DNA of 64,000 bases from Armatimonadota bacterium (GCA_041690135.1 JAWLHY010000007.1:256001-320000), one strand, 5' to 3'. Shown: positions 1 through 10,230, counted from the first letter of the stretch. Notes: generated from the sequence alone by a model not told the origin. Numbers and translations are program-made.

Positions 1-567
1 TGGGCCACCTACCATCCCGGAGAGGTGCGGCGGGAGCGGTTCGTGGCCCAGTGCTTGGAGCTCGACCGGCGCGGGATCCGTTTCAGCGCCGGGATTGTGG
101 GGCTCAAGGAACACCGGGAGGAGATCGCCGCGCTCCGCGAGGAACTGCCGGCGCACGTCTACCTCTGGATCAACGCCTACAAGCGGGTGCCGGACTACTA
201 CACGCCGGAGGAATTGCGGTGGCTGGAGAGCATCGATCCGCTCTTTCCCGCGAACAACCAGCGCCACCCCAGTCGCGGCCGTGACTGCCGGGCGGGTTAC
301 AGCGTGATCTCGGTGGACGGTGAAGGCACCATGCGGCGCTGCCACTTCATCCGGGAATCGATCGGCAACCTGTACGCTCCTGGATGGGAGACCGCCCTTC
401 GCCGCATCCCCTGCACCAACGAAACCTGCGGCTGCCACATCGGCTACGTCCACCTGGACCACCTGCGCCTGGATGCGGTGTTCGGCGACGGCCTCCTCGA
501 AAGAGTACCGGCTTCAGTCCCGCCGGACTATCGTAACACTCCCGCCATCAACGACCTCCGCGAATAG
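1..567 (+). CDS. STM4011-family radical-SAM-associated protein, 5'-truncated by the window edge
   Basis: Frame is open from base 1 (WATYHPGEV...). Motifs VYLWINAY, CRAG..VISVDGEG..RRCHF and a C-terminal CxxxxCGCHIGYVH are typical of this family. Confidence 0.75.
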   Translation, partial: WATYHPGEVRRERFVAQCLELDRRGIRFSAGIVGLKEHREEIAALREELPAHVYLWINAYKRVPDYYTPEELRWLESIDPLFPANNQRHPSRGRDCRAGYSVISVDGEGTMRRCHFIRESIGNLYAPGWETALRRIPCTNETCGCHIGYVHLDHLRLDAVFGDGLLERVPASVPPDYRNTPAINDLRE

Positions 568-885
568 ATTGTGGCCGTAAAGCATTCCCATTCCCACGAG
601 CGCCCCGCCCTCGGCGGCCAGCACAAGTATGTCTCGGGGTGCACCGTCCCATTCGACACGAGCCCAGTAGTAGTGCATCAGCACCACACTACCATCGGCG
701 AGTGTCGCCTGGGTCGGCGCCGCAAATACCAAACCCAGAGAATCGACGACGGTCTGCGGGAGCGTAAGGAAGTCCGTGAAGCCAGTGTCGATTACGGTAT
801 CAATAGTTGCCTGGCGTGCATCAGGACCCAGGACGGTGAGTTGGACTAGCGCTTCTCTGTCAGGTGTTATGATGCCCTGTATCAT
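514..885 (-). CDS. Clan AA (retropepsin-like) aspartic protease
   Basis: Catalytic IDTGF motif, LADG flap and ALVGMGML end motif. Start MIQG at 885 overlaps the upstream stop (ATGA). Confidence 0.85.
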   Translation of the reverse strand: MIQGIITPDREALVQLTVLGPDARQATIDTVIDTGFTDFLTLPQTVVDSLGLVFAAPTQATLADGSVVLMHYYWARVEWDGAPRDILVLAAEGGALVGMGMLYGHNLFAEVVDGGSVTIVRRD

Positions 886-1169
886 CGTCTTCCGCCGGGC
901 CACCCAGCACTTCTACTCCCTCCAAGGACCACCGCAGTTGGAAATCCTACCCTCACTATGTAAGGTACGGCGCCTGGCTCAGTCGTTCGCAACGTGACAA
1001 GCGCCTCCAGGCTGCTGTCGGCCAGGGCGTAGGCTCCGGTCAATACATCAATAGCCAGCATCTTGCCCCGATTTGATGGGTCCAACTCAACCGCATGTCG
1101 AATCTCCCTGTCGAAGCGCTCCTGACCCCGTCGGGCAATCTCCTCGGGCGAGTAGTAGGCGGCGGTCAC
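882..1169 (-). CDS. Small hypothetical protein of the type found upstream of clan AA proteases (DUF5678-like)
   Basis: EEIARRG..GK..AIDV.TG.Y....RVG pattern. GTG start at 1169 follows GGAGAG. Translationally coupled to the protease. Confidence 0.65.
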   Translation of the reverse strand: MTAAYYSPEEIARRGQERFDREIRHAVELDPSNRGKMLAIDVLTGAYALADSSLEALVTLRTTEPGAVPYIVRVGFPTAVVLGGSRSAGWPGGRR

Positions 1170-1481
1170 TTCCAGCTCTCCTTGTGTCACTTCCAATCTC
1201 TTTAACATTTATACCGCTCGTCGCCGGGGTTGACCCCAACTCTGTCAGTTGTGCGGCACAGCTTCACACGGGGCTCGCGCAAGCACAGGCAGTCCACGGC
1301 GCATCTTGTTGCCGAACGCTACCGGTTCGGTATACTCCAACTGGCGCCGTTCCAGAAGACGCCCGCCCGCTTGAGCGTTTCGCGCCATCGGGGAGTAGTT
1401 CGCCCGCCGGTGGCGCTGGCAGCCCCATCCCGGTCCGCGGCGGTCGCTTCGGCCCCGAATTCCGCTCCCCGCAAGCGCGAG

Positions 1482-1516
1482 TTGTCAATTTGAAATTTAC
1501 AATCGTCAATTTGCAA
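1482..1516. repeat. Heptamer tandem array (TTGTCAA-like x5)
   Basis: ttgtcaa tttgaaa tttacaa tcgtcaa tttgcaa. Same family at 35655-35696. Confidence 0.8.
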
Positions 1517-1549
1517 TAGTCCAGGTACCCCTGTAGAGAGAACACCGTC

Positions 1550-3268
1550 ATGTCCACCGTCGATCCTTCTCTGGTTCCTGAGATTCCATATGACCACTAC
1601 CTGAGTTACCGGGAGCTAACGGACCTGCTCCACGGCTTCGCGGCGGCCCGCCCGGATCTCTGCCGCGTGGAAGTGATCGGGAAGAGCCACGAGGGGCGGG
1701 AAATCCACCTGGTTACGGTGACCCGCTTCGAGACCGGTCTCGATACGGAGAAGCCCGCGTTCTGGATCGACGCCAACATCCACGCCACCGAAGTCTCACC
1801 CACCACCGCAGCCCTCACGCTGGTCCGCAAGCTGCTGGTGGAAGACGGTGAGGACGCGGACGTTACCCGGGTTCTCGATACGCGCGTCTTCTACATCTGC
1901 CCGCGGGTGAACCCGGACGGGGCGGAGTTGTTCCTCTGCGACCGCCCGCGCTACATCCGCAGCTCCACCCGGCCCTACCCCTGGGCGGAAGACCCGGTGG
2001 AGGGCCTCCGGCGCGAAGATCTGGACGGCGACGGCCGGATGCTCACGATGCGCGTGCCCGATCCGAACGGGGCGTGGAAGGCCCATCCGGACGATCCGCG
2101 CCTGATGGTCCGCCGCGACCCGATCGAGTCCGGCGGCGATTACTACCGCCTCCTTCCGGAAGGCGTAATCGACCATTATGACGGGGTCACCCTCTCCGTC
2201 CAGCGGATCAAGGAAGGCCTCGACCTCAACCGGAACTTCCCGGCCCACTGGCGTCAGGAGCACGAGCAGAAGGGCGCCGGTCCCTATCCCACCTCCGAGC
2301 CGGAAGTCCGCGCCATCGTTCAGTTCATTACCGACCATCCGAACATCACAGGCGGCGTTACCTTCCACACGTACTCCGGCGTGCTGCTGCGGCCCTACGG
2401 CACCCAGCCGGACGACGCTTTCCCGGCCGAAGACCTCTGGACCTACCAGAAGATCGGCGAAAAGGGGACCGCGCTCACCGGCTACCCCGTGCTGAACGTG
2501 TGGGCCGACTTCAAGTACCATCCCAAGGAAGTGATCACCGGCGTCTTCGACGACTGGCTCTACGACCACCTCGGGATCTTCGGCTGGACGACGGAGCTCT
2601 GGTCCCCCACACGGCAGGCCGGCATCGACGCCCCCAAGCCGATCGACTGGTTTCGCGAGCACCCCGTGGAAGACGATCTCCGGATGCTGCGGTGGAACGA
2701 CGAGAAACTCGGCGGGAAAGGGTTCGTGGACTGGAAGCCGTTCGACCATCCGCAGCTCGGACCGGTGGAGATCGGGGGTTGGGATGCCATCTACGCCTTC
2801 CGCAACCCGCCGCCGGAGTTCCTCGAGGCGGAAGTCAAGCCGCACGCGGAGTGGCTGGTATGGCACGCCCTGATTTCCCCCCGGATGGAGCTGTTCCTCG
2901 CCGACGTGCAGCCCTACGGCCCGGATACCTACCGGGTGCGGCTGGTGGTCCACAACACCGGTTGGCTGCCCAGCTACGTCACCAAGAAGGCCCTGGAGCG
3001 GAAGGTCACCCGCGGCGTGGTGGCGGAGATCTCCCTGCCCGAGGGGGCCGAGCTGGTGACCGGCCTCCCCCGGGTGGAGGGACCGCAGCTCGAAGGTCGC
3101 GCCTACAAGTCCGCCGGCGGGGGCATCGATCCCACCGACGACCGCGCCAAGTTCGAGTGGATCGTCCACGCCCCGCAGGGTGGGGAAGTCCGTCTTACCG
3201 CGAAACACGACCGCGCCGGCGTTGTAAGGGCTTCCATCAACCTCGCTGGATTGGAAGGTACCGGTTAG
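1550..3268 (+). CDS. M14-family zinc carboxypeptidase
   Basis: IHATE zinc motif, DLNRNF, SEPE, TFHTYSG. Confidence 0.9.
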   Translation: MSTVDPSLVPEIPYDHYLSYRELTDLLHGFAAARPDLCRVEVIGKSHEGREIHLVTVTRFETGLDTEKPAFWIDANIHATEVSPTTAALTLVRKLLVEDGEDADVTRVLDTRVFYICPRVNPDGAELFLCDRPRYIRSSTRPYPWAEDPVEGLRREDLDGDGRMLTMRVPDPNGAWKAHPDDPRLMVRRDPIESGGDYYRLLPEGVIDHYDGVTLSVQRIKEGLDLNRNFPAHWRQEHEQKGAGPYPTSEPEVRAIVQFITDHPNITGGVTFHTYSGVLLRPYGTQPDDAFPAEDLWTYQKIGEKGTALTGYPVLNVWADFKYHPKEVITGVFDDWLYDHLGIFGWTTELWSPTRQAGIDAPKPIDWFREHPVEDDLRMLRWNDEKLGGKGFVDWKPFDHPQLGPVEIGGWDAIYAFRNPPPEFLEAEVKPHAEWLVWHALISPRMELFLADVQPYGPDTYRVRLVVHNTGWLPSYVTKKALERKVTRGVVAEISLPEGAELVTGLPRVEGPQLEGRAYKSAGGGIDPTDDRAKFEWIVHAPQGGEVRLTAKHDRAGVVRASINLAGLEGTG

Positions 3269-5046
3269 TCTTGTTGAAGGGCACGGATCGCTTCGATGCG
3301 CCGGACGAGGGAAGGGTGGGCGCTGACCGCTTCGTCGCTGGGCTTCAGGCGGCCCGGCACCTCATTCAGGTGATGAACCCGCTCGATGGCCCGGATCGCC
3401 AGTTCCGGGTCACCGATCCATTGCACTGCCAGGCAGTCGGCGGCGTGCTCGCGCGCGCGCATTCCCCGGCCGATGAGGGCCGCCCGAAGGAGCGGTAGCA
3501 GGAAGATCGCGAAGATGGGGCTCTGGAGCAACGCACGCATGGATAAGGGAAGCGAGTCCCGCAGCGCCGCCTCCAGCGCCCCCCACGCCGCCAGCAGAGC
3601 GACGGTTGCCGTAAGCGTGAGGAAGAGGGTCCTTTGGGGATGACCCAGTTTCAAGTGTGCCACCTCGTGGGCGGCAATCGCGCGGACCTCCTCTGGAGCG
3701 AGGCCCTCGATCAGGCCCGTCGTCAGCCCCACGGTGCCGAAAGCGGTGGCAAAGGCATTGGCTTCCTTCGCCCGGACCAGCACCACATGCTTCACGCGTA
3801 TCTTGCCGAGCGCGGCCAACTCGTGGACCATGGCGTGCCACGGTCCATCGTTCAGAGTCTGCCTGCCCGCCCGGAAGGAGCGAATCCCCATCACCAGCAG
3901 GTACACCGGCAGTAGTCCCAGGAGCCCGAAAATGTAGTTCCGCCGGAGCACGAGACCCTCCGGAGTGTAGATGGGCCAGAACAAGGTCGCGGCTATGAGG
4001 AACGGGAAGCCTATGAGCCCGATCAACCAATCGGGCGCCGCGATCGGCCGATCTTCCGCGGGCTCGTTGGGACGGGCAGTTTCCCGAGCCGCCTCCCGTC
4101 TCCGGAAGAGCAAGACGTTGACTACCCCAAACACGGTTGCGATGCCCCCAGCTCCGATTAGACCCCAGAGGAACGGGAGCGGCAGGAGGACTTCCCAGGT
4201 TGTAAATGCCTGTGGGAAGAAGTCTCCCCCGGCAAGCACGACCGGGATCACCAGAAATCCGAGCCGCGTAATCCAGAGCGGTGACTGCCGGTCATACTGC
4301 TTCTGAACCTCTTCGGGCGAAGGCGGCTCGGGGTCCGCTGCTGGTGGGTCCGCCCGCCGGCCATACCGTGCCATGGTGGCGACCGGGAAGAGGAACAGCC
4401 CACCTAGCAGCAAGCCTACCACGATTCCCACCGGTGTGGCTCGGGCCTCGAAGTGAAGCTGCATTCCTGGTGGGATGTCGTCGAGATTCAGGAAGGTCAC
4501 CTCTTCCAGCCGACGCACCGTGCCGTTGTGGGCCAGCCTGGTTTGCGCCATACTGTCTACATCGATCGCCAGGATGATCGGCCGTGGCAGCGAGCTTTGC
4601 TCGAGGGCCGTTCGCAGGCGATGGAGGTCCAGCGAAAAGGCACTCCGCATGCCGCCCCGCTGCAGGTAGTCGTTGAACTCCAGGTCCACCGCCGCAGTGG
4701 AGCGCCCCTGAAGCGTGATAAAGTCCGTCAGAGGCAGGTCGGTGGTTCTCGCGATGCCGCGAGACTCGGTGAGCAGGCGCTCTGCCCCAAACTCCAACGG
4801 CGTCGCGAGCGTCAGGTCGGCGTTCCTGGGGTCGAACGTCAGCAGCGCCTGGGTGCCGGGCTTTCCATTCCGCGGGTCCGGCCATTGGCTTCGGCCTTGC
4901 TTTTCGGCAGCCACCCGAAATCGACGCAGGGAAAGTCCGTACCCGGAGAGGCTCCCACGTTCCACCTCCTGGGCTGTTGCGTGGGACATCGGCCAAAGGT
5001 TGACCAGGAGCAGGCAGAGAAGGCAGAGAAGGCAGAGGGTCCGCAC
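3265..5046 (-). CDS. Membrane M48-family metalloprotease (HtpX-like C-terminal domain) with a long N-terminal region
   Basis: ANAFA, HEVAH zinc motif, EHAAD and HP...RI. Signal peptide and several TM segments. Confidence 0.85.
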   Translation of the reverse strand: MRTLCLLCLLCLLLVNLWPMSHATAQEVERGSLSGYGLSLRRFRVAAEKQGRSQWPDPRNGKPGTQALLTFDPRNADLTLATPLEFGAERLLTESRGIARTTDLPLTDFITLQGRSTAAVDLEFNDYLQRGGMRSAFSLDLHRLRTALEQSSLPRPIILAIDVDSMAQTRLAHNGTVRRLEEVTFLNLDDIPPGMQLHFEARATPVGIVVGLLLGGLFLFPVATMARYGRRADPPAADPEPPSPEEVQKQYDRQSPLWITRLGFLVIPVVLAGGDFFPQAFTTWEVLLPLPFLWGLIGAGGIATVFGVVNVLLFRRREAARETARPNEPAEDRPIAAPDWLIGLIGFPFLIAATLFWPIYTPEGLVLRRNYIFGLLGLLPVYLLVMGIRSFRAGRQTLNDGPWHAMVHELAALGKIRVKHVVLVRAKEANAFATAFGTVGLTTGLIEGLAPEEVRAIAAHEVAHLKLGHPQRTLFLTLTATVALLAAWGALEAALRDSLPLSMRALLQSPIFAIFLLPLLRAALIGRGMRAREHAADCLAVQWIGDPELAIRAIERVHHLNEVPGRLKPSDEAVSAHPSLVRRIEAIRALQQD

Positions 5047-5163
5047 GGCTCGCAGCCTCCAGTCGCAGCGTCATCCAGCGGGATTCATAAGACATTCCGC
5101 TATTCGCGACTGTCTGCCTTCTCTCCTGCCTGGCAACCTGGCAGATGAGCGTCCGTTCTTCGG

Positions 5164-7293
5164 TTATCGCCTCTGGAGGCTCCCGGAAGCCGCTCCGTTG
5201 CCGCTCGAAGAGTCCCGGGCGGCGCCCACGCGAGAAGTGTTGCGGGTTGTGGCGCCGTCCTTTGCGGGGGTTGAGAAGCCGTTGCCTCGGGGGGTGGGGC
5301 GCCGCTGGATGCCGCCCATTTCCAGGCTCATCGCGAGCCCAATGCCGCGGAGCACCCACTCGCGGTTGCCTCGCAGCTCGACCGTTCCGTCATTGACGGA
5401 GGCTCGTCCGGAGCCGATCAGCCCCAGCACACGCCGCTGCAAGGTGGGAGCATCCACCTTTCCGGGTTTCAGGCGAACCTTGTAGGTGTCCCCCTCGGCC
5501 TCCACGCGCACGTCTCCGAGGGCAATTCCCAGCTTGAGGGTCTGAATGCCTTCACTGCTTCCCTGGGCGAGCAGCGTATTCGTTCTCCGGTCTGCGGCGA
5601 TGGTGGCCACCCCGGAAGGAACGCCGCTCTCCTGGAAGAGCAGATGCCGCAGGTCTTCGGCTTCGATCTGCTGCAAACGGTAAGCCTCAATGACCAGGTC
5701 CTTTGCCGGCGCGCCGCCGTCCAATCTCTGCGCGCCGTTGGTCGCTGCTGGAGACTGGAACAAACGGCCGACCAACGGAAGATCCTTGAGGACCGGGACC
5801 CCTCCCGCGTCCGGCGCTGCGGGTGGCGCTGGGGGCGGTGGGGCTTTGTCTGGTCCGTGGGAAGGGGGAGCGGGAGCCCCAGGCTGGCTTGGCGGCGCTG
5901 CCGGGTCCTCTGCTATTCGCAGGCCCGGAGCACCAGGCTGGCTGCCGGGCGCGGTTGCGGGGGGCGGCGGAGCCAGTGCCTGCAGGGGAAGCGGCGCCGG
6001 GACCGGCGCGACGGTGGGTGCCGCCGGAGCCGCCGGTGGAGCCGGCGGTGCGACCATCGAGATCGGCGGCTCCGGGCGGGGCGGTTTCGGCGCGGCGGGT
6101 AGGGGCAATGGCGCCTGGGCCGGACGGGGGGTAGCTTTTGCCGGCGGGCGGCTGCCGGCGGGATCCTTTCCAGCTGCGGCCCGGCCGGCAATGGGCGGAC
6201 TCCCTCCGGGCGGGCTCGCGACCACTCTCCAGGGTACGAGCGCGGCGGGACCGATGAGGGCGACCACGAGGGCCGCCCGTCGCAGCCGGGTGTGGGAAAT
6301 GGGCCTTACGGTTCTGAGCATCTCAATCCTCCTTCGCAGGGAACGATGGCAGCCAACTATCGAGACCGTGGCGGGCGAGGTGCCTGACGGGCCGCTCCAC
6401 CGGGTGGCGACCGTCAACAGCATCGTGGCATAGCGGGCCGGCGCGGCTTTGGTGGCGGTCAGCACCAGTTCGTCGCAGGCGGCCTCGGTCGCCGCCACCC
6501 ATTCGCGGTGCGCCAGCCACACCGCGGGGTGAAAAAAGAAGAGGCAGCGGGCCAGCGTGGGGAGCCAGGCCCAGCACAGGTCCGCCCGCCGCAGGTGGCC
6601 TAATTCGTGCGCGAGCATTAACCGGACGTCTTCCGTTCCGCCCGCAGGTCCGGGATCCGGCAGTACCACCGCGGGTTTCCAGATGCCGGTGAGCATGGGG
6701 GCCGGAGCTTCGCGCGATTCCAGCAGTGCCGGAGGCCTGGCAACCTCCAGCAACCGGCAAACACGCTCGAAGTCGGTGGCCAGCGACGCGTCGGTGACGG
6801 GTACCGTTGTCTGTCGCAGTCTCCGCGACTCCCGGCAAAGTGTTGCCAGCCGCACCAGGAGGGTGACGGTCCCGGTCCCCCAGAGCAAGAAGAGCCATAC
6901 AGCCGGGCGGTTCGAAGCCGGACGGCGGTTGGGGTGGGCCGGGGCCGGTTCCCTTAGGTTAGGGAGACTCCGCCTGGGCTTTGGGTGGAGCCTCGGGGCG
7001 ATTTCCCGGGTTGCGCGCTCCTCAAGAACCGGCGTGGGGGTGATTGCCGCCGGCGTTTGCTCGCGCGGCGGCAGCACCGGCACATCGATCGGCGTAGCCC
7101 AGAAGAGCGACAGCAGCAGTCGCACGTATGCCAGGCGCCATAACCAGCACTGCACCGTGGGCGACAGGCGCGGCAGGAAGCGGCACAGAGCCCACGCTCC
7201 TGCGAGGGCAAGCCCTCCCTGCCAGGAAGCCCTCATGAGAGCGTCGAGCCAGGCGCCGGCGAACGCGTCCAACAGCTCAATCCTGCCGGTCAT
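5164..7293 (-). CDS. BlaR1-like M56 metallopeptidase with Pro-rich linker and secretin-like C-terminal motifs
   Basis: HELGH, FFHP..W, EAACD. C-terminal VPVLKDLPLVGRLF and ADRRTNTLL. Start MTGR follows AAGGAG. Confidence 0.85.
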   Translation of the reverse strand: MTGRIELLDAFAGAWLDALMRASWQGGLALAGAWALCRFLPRLSPTVQCWLWRLAYVRLLLSLFWATPIDVPVLPPREQTPAAITPTPVLEERATREIAPRLHPKPRRSLPNLREPAPAHPNRRPASNRPAVWLFLLWGTGTVTLLVRLATLCRESRRLRQTTVPVTDASLATDFERVCRLLEVARPPALLESREAPAPMLTGIWKPAVVLPDPGPAGGTEDVRLMLAHELGHLRRADLCWAWLPTLARCLFFFHPAVWLAHREWVAATEAACDELVLTATKAAPARYATMLLTVATRWSGPSGTSPATVSIVGCHRSLRRRIEMLRTVRPISHTRLRRAALVVALIGPAALVPWRVVASPPGGSPPIAGRAAAGKDPAGSRPPAKATPRPAQAPLPLPAAPKPPRPEPPISMVAPPAPPAAPAAPTVAPVPAPLPLQALAPPPPATAPGSQPGAPGLRIAEDPAAPPSQPGAPAPPSHGPDKAPPPPAPPAAPDAGGVPVLKDLPLVGRLFQSPAATNGAQRLDGGAPAKDLVIEAYRLQQIEAEDLRHLLFQESGVPSGVATIAADRRTNTLLAQGSSEGIQTLKLGIALGDVRVEAEGDTYKVRLKPGKVDAPTLQRRVLGLIGSGRASVNDGTVELRGNREWVLRGIGLAMSLEMGGIQRRPTPRGNGFSTPAKDGATTRNTSRVGAARDSSSGNGAASGSLQRR

Positions 7294-7687
7294 CGTCGGC
7301 TCCTTCCTTTTCATCCGATGGGAGTTGGCGGATCACTTCCAGGAGTTCCTGCCGCTCCGCCTCGTCGATCCGACCCTGCTCCGCCAGGTACACCGCAAAC
7401 GGGTGGAGCGAGCCACCCAGCATCTCCTGGACGAAGTCCCCAACGAGTTTCTGGAGCAATTGCGGTCGGCTCTGGGTCGGGGAATACTGGTAGACGGTTC
7501 CCTCCTTCCTCCGTTCCAGGAAGCCTTTCTTCCGCAAGCGCTCCATCGCGCTGAGCGCCGTAGTGCGGGCGTGCCCCCGGGTTTCCGCCAGGAAGTCCGC
7601 CACTTCCCGCACGGTGACCGGGTGTTGTTCCTCAATAAACCGCAGGATCTCCATTTCGGCCTGCCCGATACTCGCCTTTCTCGCCAT
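7277..7687 (-). CDS. BlaI/MecI/CopY-family transcriptional repressor
   Basis: AEMEIL..TVREV..ARTT...ERL.KKGFL winged-HTH pattern. Directly upstream of the M56 gene. Confidence 0.9.
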   Translation of the reverse strand: MARKASIGQAEMEILRFIEEQHPVTVREVADFLAETRGHARTTALSAMERLRKKGFLERRKEGTVYQYSPTQSRPQLLQKLVGDFVQEMLGGSLHPFAVYLAEQGRIDEAERQELLEVIRQLPSDEKEGADDDRQD

Positions 7688-7732
7688 CCTCTGTTCCTGT
7701 AAGACCCTTTGCACGCGTCCTCGTGCTCATTC

Positions 7733-7783
7733 TAGACGGCATATGTAGTCACTCTACGGAAGAGTAGACGGCATATGTCGTCT
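7733..7783. promoter_or_regulatory. Two near-palindromic operators, probably for the BlaI-family repressor
   Basis: tagacggcatatgtagtc (7733-7750) and tagacggcatatgtcgtct (7765-7783), 32 bp apart and just upstream of the repressor gene. Confidence 0.7.
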
Positions 7784-7944
7784 GCGGGTTACAGCGATCT
7801 TTGCGTGGATTTCTGCGACCACCTGAAACCCCCGCACCGATCGCACGTCACAGGAGGTGAACCACCTCTCGTTCCAGCTTCCCCCTGGCACTAGAGGAGA
7901 GCTTCCACCTGCAACTTTCAACCCCTGGCCCTCGCTGGGGGCTT

Positions 7945-7986
7945 CAACCTTCAACTTTCACCCTTCAACCTGCAACTTTCAACCCA
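7945..7986. repeat. Heptamer tandem array (CAACYTT x6)
   Basis: caacctt caacttt caccctt caacctg caacttt caaccca. Reverse-complement copies near 38715-38750. Confidence 0.8.
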
Positions 7987-7990
7987 AACC

Positions 7991-9121
7991 GTGAAACCTT
8001 ACTGGCTCGCACCCCTCTTCAGCCTGGCATTGGTGGGAGCGTCGGCCCAACCCGGGAAGGCGCCCGCTAATCGCACCCCGGCGAAGAAGGCGCCTGTCCG
8101 GAAGGCGGCCGCCAAGCCCAAGACGGGGAAGGCGATCTCGGGGACTGGTTTCACGCTGCAGGAGCGGGGATCGCTGGAGAGCGACGCTCGCGATTACCTG
8201 GGGACGCCCGCCACGGAAGCGGCGGCCCGCCGGGCGCTGGCCTATCTGGCCCGGACCCAGCTTCCCAACGGTGCGTGGGATGGTAACGGCTATCGGGCCG
8301 AGGTGGCCATCGCGGGTCTCAGTGCGCTCGCGTTCATGTCCGCGGGGCACCAGCCGGACCGCGGCCCCTACGGCCGGCACTTGCGGAAGGTGACGGACTA
8401 CCTGGCGGAGAGTTGCCAGCGGAGCGGCCTGATCCTGAACCCCACCTCTCAGGCCGGTCCCCCGATGTACGGCCATGGTTTCGCCACCCTGGCACTGGCC
8501 GAGCTGTACGGGATGACCCGCCGCAGCGACCTCCGGGATCCGCTGGAGAACGCCGTTTCCCTCATCATCCGCACCCAGAATGATGAAGGCGGCTGGCGAT
8601 ACCTGCCGCGCATTGCCGACGCCGATATGAGCGTGGTGGTCTGTCAGGTGATGGCACTCCGGGCCGCGGCGAACGCAGGGGTGCGGGTCCCGAAGCAGAT
8701 CACGAGCCGGGCCGTTGCCTACGTGAAGCGCTGCGCCAACAACGATGACGGCGGCTACAGCTACATGCCCAGCCGCAAAGACTCGGGCCTGGCGCGCACC
8801 GGGGCGGGCGTGCTGTGCCTCATCGTGATGGGGGAGCGGAACGCCCCCGAATGCCTCCGGGGCCTGGAGTACCTCTCCAACCACACGCCCACCAACGAGC
8901 GCCGGCACCCTTTTTACGCGCATTACTACTGCACGCAGGCGGCCTACCAGGCGGGCGGCAAACACTGGCGCTACTGGTACCCGCTGCTGTCCCAGCACCT
9001 CCTCAGCACCCAGCGCGATGACGGCTCCTGGTACGACGGCCCCGGATCCGCCTACGCCACGGCCATGGGCGTGCTCGCCCTCCAGGTTCCCGCCGCCCTC
9101 CTGCCGATCTATCAAAAGTAG
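7991..9121 (+). CDS. Prenyltransferase/squalene-cyclase-repeat (alpha/alpha barrel) exported protein
   Basis: Repeated YL..Q..DG.W / QN.EGGWRY motifs, MYGHGFATLAL, N-terminal signal peptide. Confidence 0.8.
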   Translation: MKPYWLAPLFSLALVGASAQPGKAPANRTPAKKAPVRKAAAKPKTGKAISGTGFTLQERGSLESDARDYLGTPATEAAARRALAYLARTQLPNGAWDGNGYRAEVAIAGLSALAFMSAGHQPDRGPYGRHLRKVTDYLAESCQRSGLILNPTSQAGPPMYGHGFATLALAELYGMTRRSDLRDPLENAVSLIIRTQNDEGGWRYLPRIADADMSVVVCQVMALRAAANAGVRVPKQITSRAVAYVKRCANNDDGGYSYMPSRKDSGLARTGAGVLCLIVMGERNAPECLRGLEYLSNHTPTNERRHPFYAHYYCTQAAYQAGGKHWRYWYPLLSQHLLSTQRDDGSWYDGPGSAYATAMGVLALQVPAALLPIYQK

Positions 9122-9134
9122 GCGTTGGGCGTTG

Positions 9135-9917
9135 TCAGCCGATCTTCACGCCCGCTCGCGCCGACTTATCCAGCCGGAACAGTAAGAGTTGCGGGCGGTA
9201 TTCCTCCAGCCACTGGTCTACGGCCCGGCGGGCTCCTTGCCAGTACCCGTAGTCGTCCAGCACGAGCACCCCGCCCACGGAGAGGCGGGGGTAGAGATGG
9301 ACCAGTTCGTGATAGGTCGACTCGTACCAGTCCGTGTCCAGGCGCAGGAGAGCGATCCGCTCCGGCGCCTGTTCCGGGATGGTTTCCTCCACTCGCCCTC
9401 TGACGAACACCATCTGTGATGGGTCGTAACCGGTGCCGGCCAAGTTTTGACGCACCTCTTCCAACGGGCAATACGCCCACACCCCGCCTTCCGTCCCCTT
9501 CGGCTCCGCTTGCAGTAGCGTGCTGGCGGCCTCACCCCGAAAGCTGCGGTCGTGCTCCGTCGGCTCACACATTCCTTCGTAGGTGTCGAAGAGGTGTAAG
9601 CGGCGATCGGATGCACCGAGCGCCAGCAGAGCCTTCGCCACGGCCATCATGCTCCCGCCCTTCCACACGCCGCACTCCACGATGTCGCCGGGGATCTGGT
9701 GACGGATGAGATACGCCACGCTGTCCCGCAGGGCAAACACGCGCTCGGGGCTGGTCATGGTGTAGGGTTGGACAGTGTGCCAGAGGTCTGCCGCGCCGGA
9801 ATCGAAGTCCGGCGGCAGTGCGGCAGCCGGTGAGCCGGCCGATCCGGCTCGGATCAGGTCATAGCCGAAGTGCCGCACGAAGGAGCGGAGGTTCCTCTTG
9901 AGCGGAGTGCCGAGCAT
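9135..9917 (-). CDS. TylF/MycF/NovP-family O-methyltransferase
   Basis: GDIVECGVWKGGS, LFDTYEGM, LRLDTDWYEST, DDYG.WQG. Start MLGT follows GGGAGG. Confidence 0.9.
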   Translation of the reverse strand: MLGTPLKRNLRSFVRHFGYDLIRAGSAGSPAAALPPDFDSGAADLWHTVQPYTMTSPERVFALRDSVAYLIRHQIPGDIVECGVWKGGSMMAVAKALLALGASDRRLHLFDTYEGMCEPTEHDRSFRGEAASTLLQAEPKGTEGGVWAYCPLEEVRQNLAGTGYDPSQMVFVRGRVEETIPEQAPERIALLRLDTDWYESTYHELVHLYPRLSVGGVLVLDDYGYWQGARRAVDQWLEEYRPQLLLFRLDKSARAGVKIG

Positions 9918-10107
9918 AACCACCTCCCGGAATGACGCGTGAGGAGTAGAAACGTCCTGTTGTGGGCAATAAGCGCCCCCATTAAACGCGGCCTTCGAAT
10001 CGATTCCTCGATCACCGCACTCGCCACCCGGCATTTCAACTGGCTATACGACACCGGCCCTATGCTCCAACTCCTCATCTACGACGATCTTACAATCGGA
10101 GTGTAAT

Positions 10108-10163
10108 CACCCAACCACCCGAACACCTGACCACCTGAACGTCTGAAAGCCTGACCACCCGAA
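10108..10163. repeat. Octamer tandem array (CACCTGAA-like x7)
   Basis: cacccaac cacccgaa cacctgac cacctgaa cgtctgaa agcctgac cacccgaa. Same family at 49353-49553. Confidence 0.8.
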
Positions 10164-10230
10164 CAAAGGTCTCGCCCGCCCCCACCGCTGACTATACTAC
10201 TCAGCATCTGTCCGTCGCTGACCCGATCCC

